Of a stretch of 64,000 nucleotides of DNA, positions 1 to 13,089 are shown piece after piece. Source of the DNA: the human T2T-CHM13v2.0 reference genome, Homo sapiens; assembly GCF_009914755.1 (NCBI RefSeq), contig NC_060937.1. One strand, written 5' to 3'. The notes under the pieces were generated by a model that did not search any database, was not told the origin of the DNA, and worked only from the letters and a program-made list of their open reading frames with translations. The position numbers and the translations under genes are program-made. Within the stretch, counting starts at the first letter, position 1; each line of letters begins with the position of its first letter.

Positions 1-217
1 GGAATTCCATGACCAAAGGGCAAGGGCCAGGGAGTGTAACGCTGGGCCCGGGTGTCAAAAAGTGCTGTCCACAGTGGCTGAGAACAGAGTGAAACCAGTG
101 CTGCCGCACACACAGAATCCTTCAAGGACCCTCGCTTTTCCCTTTTCCAAATACCGGATGCACATTGTCTGGGCTCTGGCTGGGCTGAAATTGATGCTGT
201 TTTAATTTCTTTCTTAC

Positions 218-568
218 TGTATGAGTCTGTTTCACACTGCTATAAAGATACTACCTGAGACTGGGTAATTTACAAAGGAAAGAGGTTTAATTGACTCACG
301 GTTCCACATGGCTGAGGAGGCCTCAGGAAACTTACAATCATGGCAGAAGGGGAAGGGGAGGCAAGGCACCTTCACAAGGTGGTGAGAAGGTAAGGAAGTG
401 CCACACTTTAAAACCATCAGCTGTATCATGAGAACTCACTATCATGAGAACAGCCTGGGGGAAACCACCCCCACGGTCCAGTCACCCCCCACCACGTCCC
501 TCTCTTGACATGTGGGGATTACAATTCGAGATGAGATTTGGGTGGGGACACAGAGCCAACCCAGATCA
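218..568 (-). mobile_element. MaLR solo LTR (THE1D/MSTA-like)
   Basis: TG...CA ends; diagnostic 'cctgagactgggtaatttacaaaggaaagaggtttaattgactcac' and 'gagatttgggtggggacacagagccaa'; near-perfect 5-bp TSD cttac/cttat. Confidence 0.85.
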
Positions 569-1094
569 CTTATTTAGATGCAATATTTAATTAACGTATT
601 TTATTCGTAAAGAAAGGTGGCTGGCATCTAGTAGCTGGGAGGAGGCCTGTGGGTGGTGATGCTGCCGTGTAACATTCTCCGCCAACAGCTTCACGGAGTG
701 AGGAATCATCCCGGGAGCCGTCCACTCTGAGGCCGTAGGGGTGAGGGTCTGCCTGTGAAGTTGGTGGCCTGCTGTCACCCCATGCTGTGGCGAAGGATTT
801 GGGTGTAAATGGAATCAGCTGTCTTGTGTGGTTGGCAGCAGCATGTAGGGAATGCAGGAAAGCCAGGCCTGAGATGGCGTTGCCCTCTGGTGCCCTGGTG
901 CTCAGGGTGGGGGCCACAGGCTCTGGTGTGTCCCCAGGCCCACCTCCAGTCTACAGTGTGACAGACCTGGCGTGCTCCTCCGGCCTTCGTGTTGTTTTAT
1001 TTGGGGTTGCTTTCTAATGGGAATACTGGACAGGTGTTGAAGATTTGGAAGTATCTTTGCTCGGTTTATTGTCCCAGCGAAGTCATCAACACGG

Positions 1095-1540
1095 GCGTGT
1101 TTGCTTCCTGCGGCTGCTTTCACACAGCAGCACCGACATGGCGCCAACAGCAGAGCTTTCTTCTCGCTGGCTCTGCGGCCACAATCTGAAGTCAGGACGT
1201 GGGCCGAGGGTTCTGGGGAGGGCCCTCCTGCCCCTCCCACCCCAGGGCTGCTGGCAGTCCTCCGTGTTCCGGGGCTCGCAGGCGCCTTGCTCCTTCTTCA
1301 CCTCTGTTGCTGCACAGCCGTCCGTCCCCTCCCCGGGCCTCTGCGCCTGCACTTGACACCCTCCCGGTGTCTCTCTCTTCTCATCTTAATAGGACACCGG
1401 TCCTATTGGACAGGGCCACGCTTACAACCTCAGCTCGATTACATCGGCAAAGACCCTATTTCCAAATAAGCCCTCATCCTTAGGTCCTAGGGGTTAGGAC
1501 TTCAACATCTCTTTTTTGAGGAAACACAGTTCAGCCTGTG
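1095..1540 (-). mobile_element. MLT1 (MLT1B/C-like) MaLR LTR
   Basis: 'aagaccctatttccaaataag', 'ggggttaggacttcaacatctctttt' resemble the MLT1 consensus in reverse; boundaries approximate. Confidence 0.65.
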
Positions 1541-2204
1541 GTGATGGGGAAACTGGACTCACACCCCTGTCTAGGAGCCCCCCGAATCCCCTGCTCTCAG
1601 CCTGGCTGAGCTGCTCTGCTGGGAGTCAGGTCTGAGTGCTTTGCTCAAGTTGTTAGCCAAGTCCGTTACAGGGTTAATAGCTTCATAGTTAGGGGTCCTC
1701 AGAGGTAACGGGTCCCCGTGGCACTTGTCCTATTTCCAAAGAACCCCACGGCAGCTCCACACATTCCCATGGGAAGACTGCACAGTCTACCCCTGCAAAC
1801 ATCTTGCTCTTAGCTAAAATTGTGTCTGTCAGTGTAGTCACTGGTTATCACGTGGGAACGGGACTCAGGACCCATATAGACAGAGCTGAGTCCATGCTGG
1901 CTGCTCCGTCCTGTGGCCTGCTGGGTTTCACTCTTCCACGGCGTGGCCTCTCCCTAGAAGCCCTTGGTGAACACCCCTCTCCCTGTGAGTCTGGGGCAGT
2001 CCCTGCCGCCCCCAGCCAGTGGCTCCCGCAGCTTCCCGGTGCTGGCTCAGTCCTGGCAATGACCACACTGCAGGCTCATCTGTCTCCACTCCTTCCCCGG
2101 AAGCTCATTGATGACGTGGTTCTCCAGCCGACTGCTGCCCAGGTTGGTGCCTGCTGTAGGTGACAGTTCCCAGGAGAGAGAAGCAGTGTCTCTGCCTGGG
2201 AGCC

Positions 2205-2910
2205 TGCACGCAATGCTGGTGGGAACGTGAAATGGTGCAGCCACTTTGTAAAATAGCCTGGCAGGTCCTCAGAGGGTGAAACAGAATTCCTGTATGTCAT
2301 AGCCCATCTGGACTGTAACAAAAATGCCACAGCCTGGGTGGCTTATAAACAGCGGACACTTTTTGCTCACACTTCTGGGGGCTGGAAGTTCTAGATGGAG
2401 GTGTGGCAGATTTGCTGTCCTCCGAAGTCCCCTTCCTGGCTCATATCCGGCGCCTTCTCACTGGGTCCTCATGTGGAAGAAGAGGCGAGGGAGCTCTCTG
2501 AGGCCTCTTTAATGGGGGCACGATTCCCATTCGTGAGGCTTCACCCTCACGACCTCCTCACCTTCCAAGGCCTCGCCTCCTAATCCCATCATCTTGAGGG
2601 TTGGGATTTTGACTTGTGCATTTTGGGAGGACACAAACATTGGGTTCTTCCCAGCGTGTGACCCGGCAATTCCACTCCTAGGGATATACCAAGGATAAGT
2701 GAAAATCTACGTCCACACAGAAACTTACATTGAGTGTTCCCAACAGCATTATTCATAAAAGCCAAAATGTTGGCCCAACCCAGTGCCCATCCACAGACGA
2801 ATGACTAAGCGAAATGTGGCATGTCCCTGCAGTGGGATATTATTCAGTCGTGAGAAGGAATGAAGCTCTGACACGTGCTACATAGCAGGTGAACCTTCTG
2901 CAACATGAAA
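2205..2910 (+). mobile_element. Old L1M 3' fragment interrupted by an MLT1A-like LTR (~2292-2650, minus)
   Basis: L1 motifs 'tgctggtgggaacgtgaaatggtgcagccacttt' and 'gacccggcaattccactcctagg' flank MLT1-like 'cctgggtggcttataaacagc'. Confidence 0.65.
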
Positions 2911-3104
2911 AATTCAGACACATCAACCCAAATTGCGTGTATGTGTATGCTTCCTGGGCGTGTCCCCTAGATGCCTCCTCTGTCCACCTGATGCCCACAG
3001 CACCAGCCTCCAGCCCCCCAGCAGTGTCCTCGGCTCACCATTGACTTTTTCTTCTCTTGCTCTCCACATCCAAGCCGTCCGCCACTCTTATTAATTGATT
3101 AGTT

Positions 3105-3255
3105 GATTGACACAGTGTCTCCCTCTGTTGCCCTGGCTGGGGTGCAGTGGTGCAATCACAGCTCACCGCAACCTTGACCTCCCAGTCTCAAGCGATCCTC
3201 CCGCCTTGCCCTACCAAGATTCTGGGATTACAGGTGCGCACCATTATGCAAGGCC
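3105..3255 (-). mobile_element. Old Alu monomer (AluJ/FRAM-like)
   Basis: 'ggctggggtgcagtggtgcaatcacagctcaccgcaaccttgacctcc...ctgggattacaggtgcgcacca'. Confidence 0.8.
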
Positions 3256-4019
3256 CACTCCTTCAACTCAAACCATGAAAAGTAGCAGCCCCCTCCGGCA
3301 GTTGCCTGCCTTCTTCCTCATGAGTATCCCGTCCTTCCTGCTCACAAACCTCCCGACAGCCGTTTCCAGCACAGCAGAGTGATGCTGTGAAAATGATTCC
3401 ATTTCTCGCACAAAATCTGCTAGTAACTCCCTACTTTGCTCAGAATAAAGGCCACCATCCTCACCATGACCCATGTGGTTTCATGCCCTGCCCTCCTGCG
3501 GCATCTCGGCTCCTTGTGTCTCTCAAGTCGCCACACCAGCCTCCCCCCAGGACCTCTGCATGCTCCCTCGTCAGCCCCAGACACACCTTCCTCCCTGGAG
3601 GCCGCCTGCCCACCCTGTGGCAAGGGGCAACCCCTGCCCTGATCCAGCCTGGCCCACGCCCTGAGTTTGCCTTCTCCCCACGGCCCGGGCCTGGTCCGAG
3701 GCAGCTACGTCACTCTGTCCTCTCCCCAGGAGGGAAGGGATTTGGTTTTGTTCTCTGCTGCACCCAGTGCTGGCTGGCAGAGAGGGGTGTCCCAGGAAGG
3801 ACCGGGACACAAAGGAAGGGAGGGACAGGACTCAAGCACCTGTGCCCACAGGCTTGGTGGGCAAGGGGCGGGGGTATCCTGCAGGGAAGGTGGGACTCAG
3901 CCCATGGTGTCCCCAGCAGCGTCTTGCCCCTGGAACTCCCTCCCTACATCTGTTCATCTGAGTGGCCTTCGTCCTCAATGCAGCCAGTGTCAAGGTGGAC
4001 ACGCACACGGCTCCGAAGT

Positions 4020-4080
4020 CCTGTGTGACGCCCACGTGACCTCATGAGGCTGTGTGATGTCACAGCGGGCGGGGTGGTGT
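4020..4080 (+). promoter_or_regulatory. TEX29: Probable TEX29 proximal promoter with CRE-like sites, E-box and GC box
   Basis: TGACG 4026-4030, CACGTG 4033-4038, TGACCTCA 4037-4044, TGATGTCA 4055-4062, GGGCGGGG ~4067-4074, in a CpG-enriched stretch upstream of the first exon; TSS not determinable from sequence. Confidence 0.5.
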
Positions 4081-4099
4081 GTGCCCAGCCTGGTCCCAC

Positions 4100-4225
4100 A
4101 GTCCATAGTGAGCGGCAGACAGAGGGGTGGCCAGTTTGTTGTTTTACCTAAAAGGTGTTTTCCACATGGAGTGGGACTGAGAGGCACAGGTGGCTGAGGG
4201 GACCCGCCTGGGACGTGAGGCGCAG
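4100..4225 (+). other. TEX29: TEX29 putative non-coding exon 1 (5' end approximate)
   Basis: Consensus donor CAG|GTGAGT at 4225/4226, 94-nt intron, acceptor 'ctctcctgttttccag|G' at 4319/4320 leading into the ATG exon. Confidence 0.6.
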
Positions 4226-4353
4226 GTGAGTCGATGAACGCCCCCTCCTGGTGTGAGCCGCCCGCTCCCCAAACGACGTCCCCAGGGCCCCGCCCGTGCT
4301 GACCTCTCCTGTTTTCCAGGTGTGCTCGGCCCCTTCATCTGTCAGCTGCAGCA

Positions 4354-4411
4354 ATGGAATACGTGCTGGAAGTGAAGAACTCTCCGCGGCACCTCCTGAA
4401 GCAATTCACAG
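4354..4411 (+). CDS. TEX29: TEX29 first coding exon (MEYVLEVKNSPRHLLKQFT); exon starts 4320
   Basis: Good Kozak gcaATGG; donor CAG|GTATGG phase 1; peptide recognised as the TEX29 N-terminus. Confidence 0.95.
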
Positions 4412-5067
4412 GTATGGAGGGAAGGCGCCAGGGGGGCGGGTGGGGTGGGGGAGCAGTTGGGGGGGGGCACAGGGAGGAGCTGTTTGAGCCCCTGGCGCGG
4501 ACAGGGGGTCCTGGTCCCAGACCTGGCTAGGAGGGCAAGGCAGCAAAATGTGTGTTCAGGAAATAACCTGGGAAAACGCTGTGAAGACTTCATTTTTGAA
4601 AATTTTATTACAAAATACACCCGAACCTGAGGTTTTCTAGATGAAGAAATACATTTAACTATTTCCAGGGCTTTAACAGGTCAAAGGCATTTTGTCCATG
4701 AGGCGCTGAAGATCCACTTCAACTACTTCATAACTTTTATTGCAGGAGTGACTTTTTTAATTAAGGAAAAATATTTATCAGCAATGAAGAAGTTCCACCT
4801 TCCCTTTCCCCACCCGGGCAACTGACCCGGAGGCAGACACTCACCACTGGGACTGGAAGGAACCACCGGTGTGGGATGTGGCTTCTCCCACAGGTGCCGT
4901 TAATGTGCATAGATGGGGGATGACAGTGACTGATGGTCAGGAAAAGGAAGATTCTGGAAGTTTGCACCTCCCCCGGGAGGCAGGAGATGCCACCTTCCAT
5001 GGCTCAGGTTTACCTGCTACTTGAATGTTTTTTTCTCAATGGATCTTGTGTTCATGCAATGCTTTTA

Positions 5068-5640
<573 letters not shown>

Positions 5641-7081
5641 CTATCTCTTTGGACAGGAAGAGGGGTGTCCACAAGAGGGGTCTTTGCAGTTCCCTATCCA
5701 GATGCACCCAGGGTGGAGTGGGAGGCCTGCGCCTGGGGCCCCGAGGGAACGGGCCGCTCTTGTGGACGGCTGGGGTGGCCCCTCTCATATTCTGGCAAGA
5801 TGGCCCTGTAGCCAGGGCAAGCACGGGGGAGAAAGCGCTCCCTCTTCCAGGCCCTTGGGGGCCACCCTCCTGGTTTCTGCTTCAGGGCTGTAAGCAGTGC
5901 AGCTGTTGTGTGTACAAGCTGCTGCTGCTGGGCCTGGCCACCCCGTCTGTGAGGGGCTGTCAGGGGCTGCTGGAGGCTGGTGCCACTTCTCAGGGTGCAT
6001 GGGACTGGTGGGGGTCATCTCAGGTGTGCCAGGTCACCCAAGGCACTGCCCAAGCTGACCCTGGGCTGGAGTCATCTCACCTTGCCATGGCCATGCCCAG
6101 GACCCAGCTCCTGGTGTCTGCAGGCGACACTCCTGTGTGCTCCCCACACAGCCTGTCCTCGTGAACTGAAGAACGCATGCAGGGGCGTCAGCATTGTCTT
6201 TATCATTCTTTGCACACTGTGGCGTGGCTGTTTTGCAACTGTTTCTATTCCTTTAGGGGTGTAGGGAGGCTGTGAAATGACAAGGTCAGGGTCTTCCTGG
6301 CTTGGAGTTGGCTCAGGTGTCAGCACCACCGGTGGCCTCAGCGGGCAGGTGGGGAGCTGGAACCTTTAGCCACAGTGGCTGGCCCTGGCCCTGCAGCTCA
6401 GGCCCTCTCTGCCACCCACCCCTGGGTCTGAACCCAAGAAGCAGCCTAGAGGAATTCCTCCTGTCCTTCTCTGCGCAACTTTGCAGATGTGGAAGAGACT
6501 CTGTGGCCGGGTGCAGTGCAGACTCTGGCCTCCAAGCCCACCCACTCTGCAGCCTCTTCCCATGTGGGTGCAGAGCCCTGCACGCCTCCCCTTCCACGCA
6601 GCCCTGCTGGGCTTCCCCATGTCCACACTCACTCATCCGGGACAGGAGGCAGCTGGGCCTCCAGACAGCCCCCTAGCAGGTGATGGCCTGAGGCTGGCTC
6701 CCAGGGCACCATGTTCACATGGCCCTGGATGGCGGGTGACCTGGGGGTGAAAGAGCGGAAATGAGGATGGGAGGATGACAGGTGGCCCCTGGGGAAGAGG
6801 CGTGTGTGGGGCCACTCAGCCCTGGCTGGAGGCTCTGCCTTACTGCGGGGATACAGCCTCGGCTGCTGCCTGTCAGCTGCTGCCTAAAGATTAATGTCAA
6901 CTCTCTCCCTAAATAAAATAGTTTCTGCAAAAGTGCTTTTAAACTGTGACACACTTTCCACACCGGTGTGAGTTCTTCTCTGAGTGGCTTGTATGAAAGA
7001 GTGGGGACTCGAAGCCACTGCTTCTTCTCCACAGGCTCGGGGGTCTGTGGACATATTTGGACTCTCTGTGTCCGAATCCCC

Positions 7082-7264
7082 GGGATCTGTGGTCCTGCAA
7101 ACCCCAGATCCCCATCCGTGGTTCACACGTGCTCCAGGCAGGAAGGCCACACACATGAGCCTCTGCACACACAGGGATCCGTGGCCCTGCACGCCCCAGA
7201 TCCCCATCCGTGGTTCACACGCGCTCCAGGCAGGAAGGCCACACACACGAGCCTCTGCACACAC
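7082..7264. repeat. Tandem duplication, 2 x 92 bp
   Basis: 'gggatc.gtgg.cctgca..ccccagatccccatccgtggttcacac...gagcctctgcacacac' starts at 7082 and 7174. Confidence 0.9.
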
Positions 7265-9616
7265 CATGCCAGCTCCCTGAACCTGCTGTGATCCCTGCCC
7301 AGCTTCCTCCTCCTCCTCCTTCTCACCTCTCCTTCCGTGTTCTGATGCTCAAACTCCGGGAGAACTGGTGTCTTCTGTCCAAAGATAACTTGACATGCAG
7401 CTTCAAGCTCAGTGTCAAGAAAATGGGTCTCCAGGTTCAGAGATTTTTATGTTGTTTATGACATCTGCTGTGAAGACACATTCAGCCGGATTCCAGGTGG
7501 TGTCACAGCTCACAGACAGAAAGGGGTGTGCAGTCTGGGCCCGCTGAAGGTCCTGGGGGTGCTGGTGGCAATCGTGACCGCAGGCACGTCTCTGGAGTTC
7601 CCACACATTTCCTGTCACCACTGTACTCAGAATCTTGTCTTCTCTTCCCGCCTGGACCATCTTTGGAAACCTGTCTGTGGTCGGGTCTTGCTGTCCGTGG
7701 CCACGCTGCCAGGAACCCTCAGCTGGGACATTCTAGTGGGCCGCCGGGCAGTGTGGCTTGGAGGTGTCCCCTGGAGGCCAGCCTGATGCCTGCCTTTCTA
7801 GGGGAGCAGCTCCCAGCAGGGAAGCTGAGCCTCAGAAGTGCTGGAAGCCTCCACGGTGCTGTGAGGTCATGGCTGCTGAGTCTGCCAGCTGCTTCTCCAG
7901 GAGGCGACCATGGTCTGTCCCCTGCTAATTGACTGCTTCATCGGGAAACGAGGTGGCAGAGGGACTTGGATGGGGAGTCACACTGAGGACCCGGCGCTGC
8001 CCTGAGAGAGTCTCTGGGCTTGACTCCTCCCCTAGGAAGAATTCCTGCAAGTGTGCGTTTCACAGAGAGAGGGCAAGGGAGGTGGATGGAGCACAGGAAG
8101 GAGAAACGCCAGGGAATCGTCAGCCACACTTAAAATGGTGACGCCTCCCCACCTGGATCATCAGCCACGTTTAAAACGATGATGCCTCACTGCCTGGGTC
8201 GGAAAGCCCTGGCCTCAGATCTGCACCTCTCTAGGCACCATGCCCCTCCTGAACCTTTCCTCTCCTGCTGCAGAAGCAGCAAAATGCAGAGTGAAGAGAC
8301 TTTCCATGGCCTTGGAGAAAAATAACGGAACGTTTACCACCGTGCTGGCGTGGGCGTGTTAGAAGCCTCAGGAGGTGGCTGGCGGGAAGTGGGATGAGCG
8401 AGGGAATGAATGGCAGCCCCACTGTCCCTGGGGAGCGGTGGCTTCCCTGGGCTTGCTATCCACGCAGACGGGGTGACGGGACAGATTCATGGGATGAGCT
8501 TTGAAACCTCACTCCACGGGCCCCCATCTCACCTGGCACCCCTCAGCCAGGGTGGCTTCTCCCAGGAAGCACTCGGCTCATTTTAGATTGATTGGTTTAA
8601 CCCCAGTCTCGTTTCAGTAGATCAGGAAGAACGTGGTTGCCCCGCCATCCTGAGGCAGCGCCTCCCCGTTCCCCTAGCCTGGCCCAGCCGATGGCTCCTC
8701 TCCCTCTTCCCAGCCACGCTGTCATGACTCTGGGAGAGCACAGGGAGAGAGCCAGGCAGTGAGCCCTGCGCTCCAGCCGTCCTGGCTGTGGTGTGGGGGG
8801 TGTGGAGGGCCTACTGGAGATACCACTGCTGGTGCCAGTGGCCGGGAGTCCAGTACCTGTGCAGTGGGCGAGCTGCCAGTGATGTTTCTAGAGGGAGCAG
8901 GGAGCTGCATCAGCCCTGCCGATCCCCCACCATGTGGGAAGCCCACCTCGGCCCCCTTGGCAGCTGTGACCTGGTGCCTGCCCAGAAAGCCTCAGCTTAC
9001 TCCAACCTCAAAGCCTGTTAGGGGTTGTGGAGGAGGGTGGAGGGCCGGGCTAGGAATGGAAATGCGTGAGAGACTTTTCAGGGTCTACTGGATTTTTAAA
9101 ATGCATGGCGACATTGTGGAGGTGCGTGCAGGAAAATAACGGTGGGTGTGGAGGGAAAATGGGACACCGGAGGAGGCGCGGGAGGACTGCCGGGATTCGA
9201 CGGCTGGGCGGTCAGATGCGATGGGGACTGAACTTTTAAAATGAGAAAGAATGTATGAACGTTTGTGTAGTGATATTGAAGAGAACAAATCACTTTATGA
9301 ATAAAAATAATGCTTCGTTCAGTGGCATATTTCCTGCCCAGTCTGTTTGCTGAAATTAAACATCCACTGTCACCTGGAGCAAGTCTTCAGAAACCTTTGT
9401 TCTCCTGGCTCTGTGAGCAGATGCCTCTGTGCTGCTGGGGCTTCTCCTCCCGTGTCTGGGGACGGTGGGGAGGGCGCCTGGCACTGTGGAGACAGCAGGA
9501 CCCTGAAGCCAGAGGTCTCTGTGGATCCCGGCTCCGCTGCGTCCAAGCTGGTGGGATCTTGGGTTTCGTCTGGATCTTCCCAGATGGGGTGGAAGAGCGT
9601 TCGGGCATCACGAGCT

Positions 9617-10285
9617 GGGTGCTGGCTGGTGTCTGCTGGGGTGGAGGAGACTGCGGGCAGTGTGAGCCTGTCTGGTGGGGTGGAGACTGCGGGCAACGCG
9701 AGCCTGGCGCTGGTGGGTGTCTGGTGGGGTGGAGGAGACCGCGGGCAGCGTGAGGCTGTCTGGTGGGGTGGAGGAGACGGTGGGCAGCGTGAGCCTGGCG
9801 CTGGTGGGTGTCTGGTGGGGTGGAAGAGACTGCGGGCAGTGCGAGCCTGTCTGGTGGGGTGGAGGAGACCACGGGCAGCGCGAGGCTGTCTGGTGGGGTG
9901 GAGACTGCGGGCAACGCGAGCCTGGTGCTGGCGGGTGTCTGGTCGGGTGGAAGAGACTGCGGGCAGTGCGAGCCTGTCTGGTGGGGTGGAGGAGACCACG
10001 GGCAGCGCGAGGCTGTCTGGTGGGGTGGAGACTGCGGGCAACGCGAGCCTGGTGCTGGCGGGTGTCTGGTCGGGTGGAAGAGACTGCGGGCAGTGCGAGC
10101 CTGTCTGGTGGGGTGGAGGAGACCACGGGCAGTGCGAGCCTGTCTGGTAGGGTGGAGGAGACTGCGGGCAGTATGAGCCTGTCTGGTGGGGTGGAGACTG
10201 CGGGCAACGTGAGCCTGGCGCTGGCGGGTGTCTGGTGGGGTGGAGGAGACTGCGGGCAGTGCGAGCCTGGCGCTGGCGGGTGTTT
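9617..10285. repeat. GC-rich mosaic minisatellite, ~15 units of 36-52 bp
   Basis: Core gtctggtggggtgga(gga)gactgcgggcagtgcgagcct with optional ggcgctggcgggt extension. Confidence 0.95.
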
Positions 10286-11584
10286 GCTGTGCAGCTGCTG
10301 TCATCACCTGCGTCAGAAAGTGGAGGCAGTGGCGGACTCTGTGGGTAGTGTTTGTGAAGTTCTGGCGCTGTGTCCACCCTGGAATTGCACTCCAGGAAAA
10401 AGGCCGTGGTGCCTGGATGCCCTGGGAGCAAAGCCCTCCTAGTCACCCACTGTAGACACATGGGCTGCTGCATAGAACGTGGGGGACCATCTGGCCAGCC
10501 ACAGCCCGAGACCAGTCACCCACCCCAGGCCCCTCTGAGCCTGGCTGTGCAGTACCTGCCTGCTGCTATGGGGCCTCTTCCGGCCTCCCCCGACCTCTCC
10601 CTACATGGTAGGTCAGCTCAAATCACACACAGCCACCCCATGCAACTGAGGGAGGAGAGGGTGGCAGCAGCCGGTGACTTCAGCCTGCCCTGTGCACTCT
10701 GCCTTGGCAGGTGCGGCATCGCCTCGGCAGGGCTCCCGTGTCCATGATGCTTCTGACAGAGGATGAGGGCTGCAGCCGCAGCATTTGCAAACCTGGAATG
10801 GGGGTGTCTTGAGAAGGGGAACCTGAAAGACTAAATCAACCCTAAGGAACACAAATGGGGCTCCTCAAGGGTCAAGAAGGCCGGGCAGCTCCCCTCCCGG
10901 CCCCTGTCCCAGTGGAACAACTTACAGAGGGGCCAGGGAAGACCCCCAGTGGCTTGGGTGCAGCCTTGGCCTGGGGCATGGAGCCTGGCTTTGTGGGACT
11001 GCAGTCCACCCAGCAAAGGTCTCTGCGGGCACCCTGGGCCCTCACCTGCAGGAACCCCCTTCATCATCCAGCCCAGTCCCTCGGTGGCCCATGGCCGATC
11101 AAGGCAGCCACATCCCTCGGGGCTGAACATGTGTGAGGCTGCTGAACTCCTCTGGAAAGGGTCGTCTGCCAGGAGCTCTCCCCGCCCTGCTTCCTTTACC
11201 TCCCACGGCGCGCCGCACACTCATTGTCTTCCCTTTTTCTCCCTTTGGGTCAAAACTGGCATTAAACTTTCTGTCCTTTTGATTCAAGTTTTAAAATTCT
11301 GAAATAATCCTCAGGCCATGCTGCTAATTCTAACTCCTGTATGCTTAAGTGTGAAATAATTACACGTTCCCTCCCGAACTCCCAAGCAGCCATTGTGTGA
11401 GCCCCGCGCTTCTGTGGGCTCTGTCGTGCGCCGTGCCTGGCGCTGCTGCGCGGAAATGTATTATCTCCTAATCGTTAGAGGCCCCTGCATTATTCTGTGT
11501 AATTAACTTGACATTATTTTGCTCAGAAATTTAATTCATTCTGGATCTTAGTTTCAAATAAAGATTTGCAGGATGCGTAATTGA

Positions 11585-11824
<240 letters not shown>

Positions 11825-13089
11825 TAGACGCCCCGGCCACCCCGTGGCGGAAGCCGAGGTAGCTGGTGACCATGCCGACCACTGCCCTGCCTGTCTCCCT
11901 TCCTCGGGGTCTCTGTTTGCTGGAAACACCTTTGTATTGTTCTCTGGCCAACTCTTCTGCTCCGTCTTAGTGGGGACAGTAGACTTGGAGTGGGGTTTGG
12001 GCTGGAGGGCCTGTGAATGTGACGTAAGCCACCATAGGGGTTCCATTCCCAGATGGGCTGAGCAGGGCATGGACGGGGACAAATGGAGGCCCCCTTCATG
12101 GAGGAATTTGGCCATTCTGGGTGGTTGCAGAGGCTGGATTTGGGGAAATAGTGCTGCAGAAACATGGGGCGCCGGCAGGGCCCGGGCCAGTGGCCGGGTG
12201 TGGGGTGAGCCCATCAGGGTGGAGCGGACCTTGTCCACCAGGGGCTCTGTGAGCTTGGCCCTGACTGGGGATTCCCTGGGCTGCTTCAACGTCAGACTAG
12301 AAGCCAGACCAGACGTGAGGATCTGCTGGAAGCCCCTCAAGCAGCACGGGGTGAAGTGAGGACAACAGGCAACCAGTGGGTGGGTAAGGGCGCCGGAGGC
12401 GTTGCCACTCCCCATCCCCGTGAAGGCTTCCGGAGGGAGGCGCGCCCTTCAGAGGACCATGGCTAGTTGTAAAATGTGTTCGAAGGGAGGTGGGAGAAGG
12501 TTAAGAAACCAGGATGGCCTGCGCGTGAAGGGCGTTGGGCTCCCACCTCCTCAGCATATTCTCGCCTGTGAGTGCACCGGCCTGCGCCGCTGAGGTCTTC
12601 TCATTTCCAAACCCTCATCAAGGTCCACGTGAAGCTTCATGTGTTTCCTTGTCCTGTGGAGGCCCCTTTTGGAAATGAGGGTAAAGGGGCTCTTTGTGCT
12701 GCGTGGGGAGGGGTGGACAGCAGCACGGAGGGGAGCAGCCTGCACAGCACGCCCTCGGGAGGGAACAGTGCAGCCCTTACCGGTGGAGATGATGGACGTG
12801 GCTGATGAGCTCTCACAGCTCTAGGCTTCCTTGGAGATGAGTTCCAAACCCTCCCTGTCCTAAGCCACTCTTTTCTCCACCCCCAGCACCCCAAAGTGAG
12901 TAAAGGCCCCTGGCTTTGTGCAGCTCAGGGCCACTTCTTCTTCCTTTTACTTCTTTCTCCTGCATTTCCCGCTAGACTGAGCCTTCAGAGACCAGGCACC
13001 AGGTCCTCTTCGTTCCCTGTATCTAGTAGGACTTAGAAAGTCGGGAAACGTTAGTGACTGATGGGAATGAGTGACTGATGGAAATTTCC

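Noticed and set aside
9347-10473. Long overlapping ORFs (up to 367 aa) on both strands
   Set aside because: Products of a stop-poor GC-rich minisatellite; repetitive translation, mostly non-ATG starts
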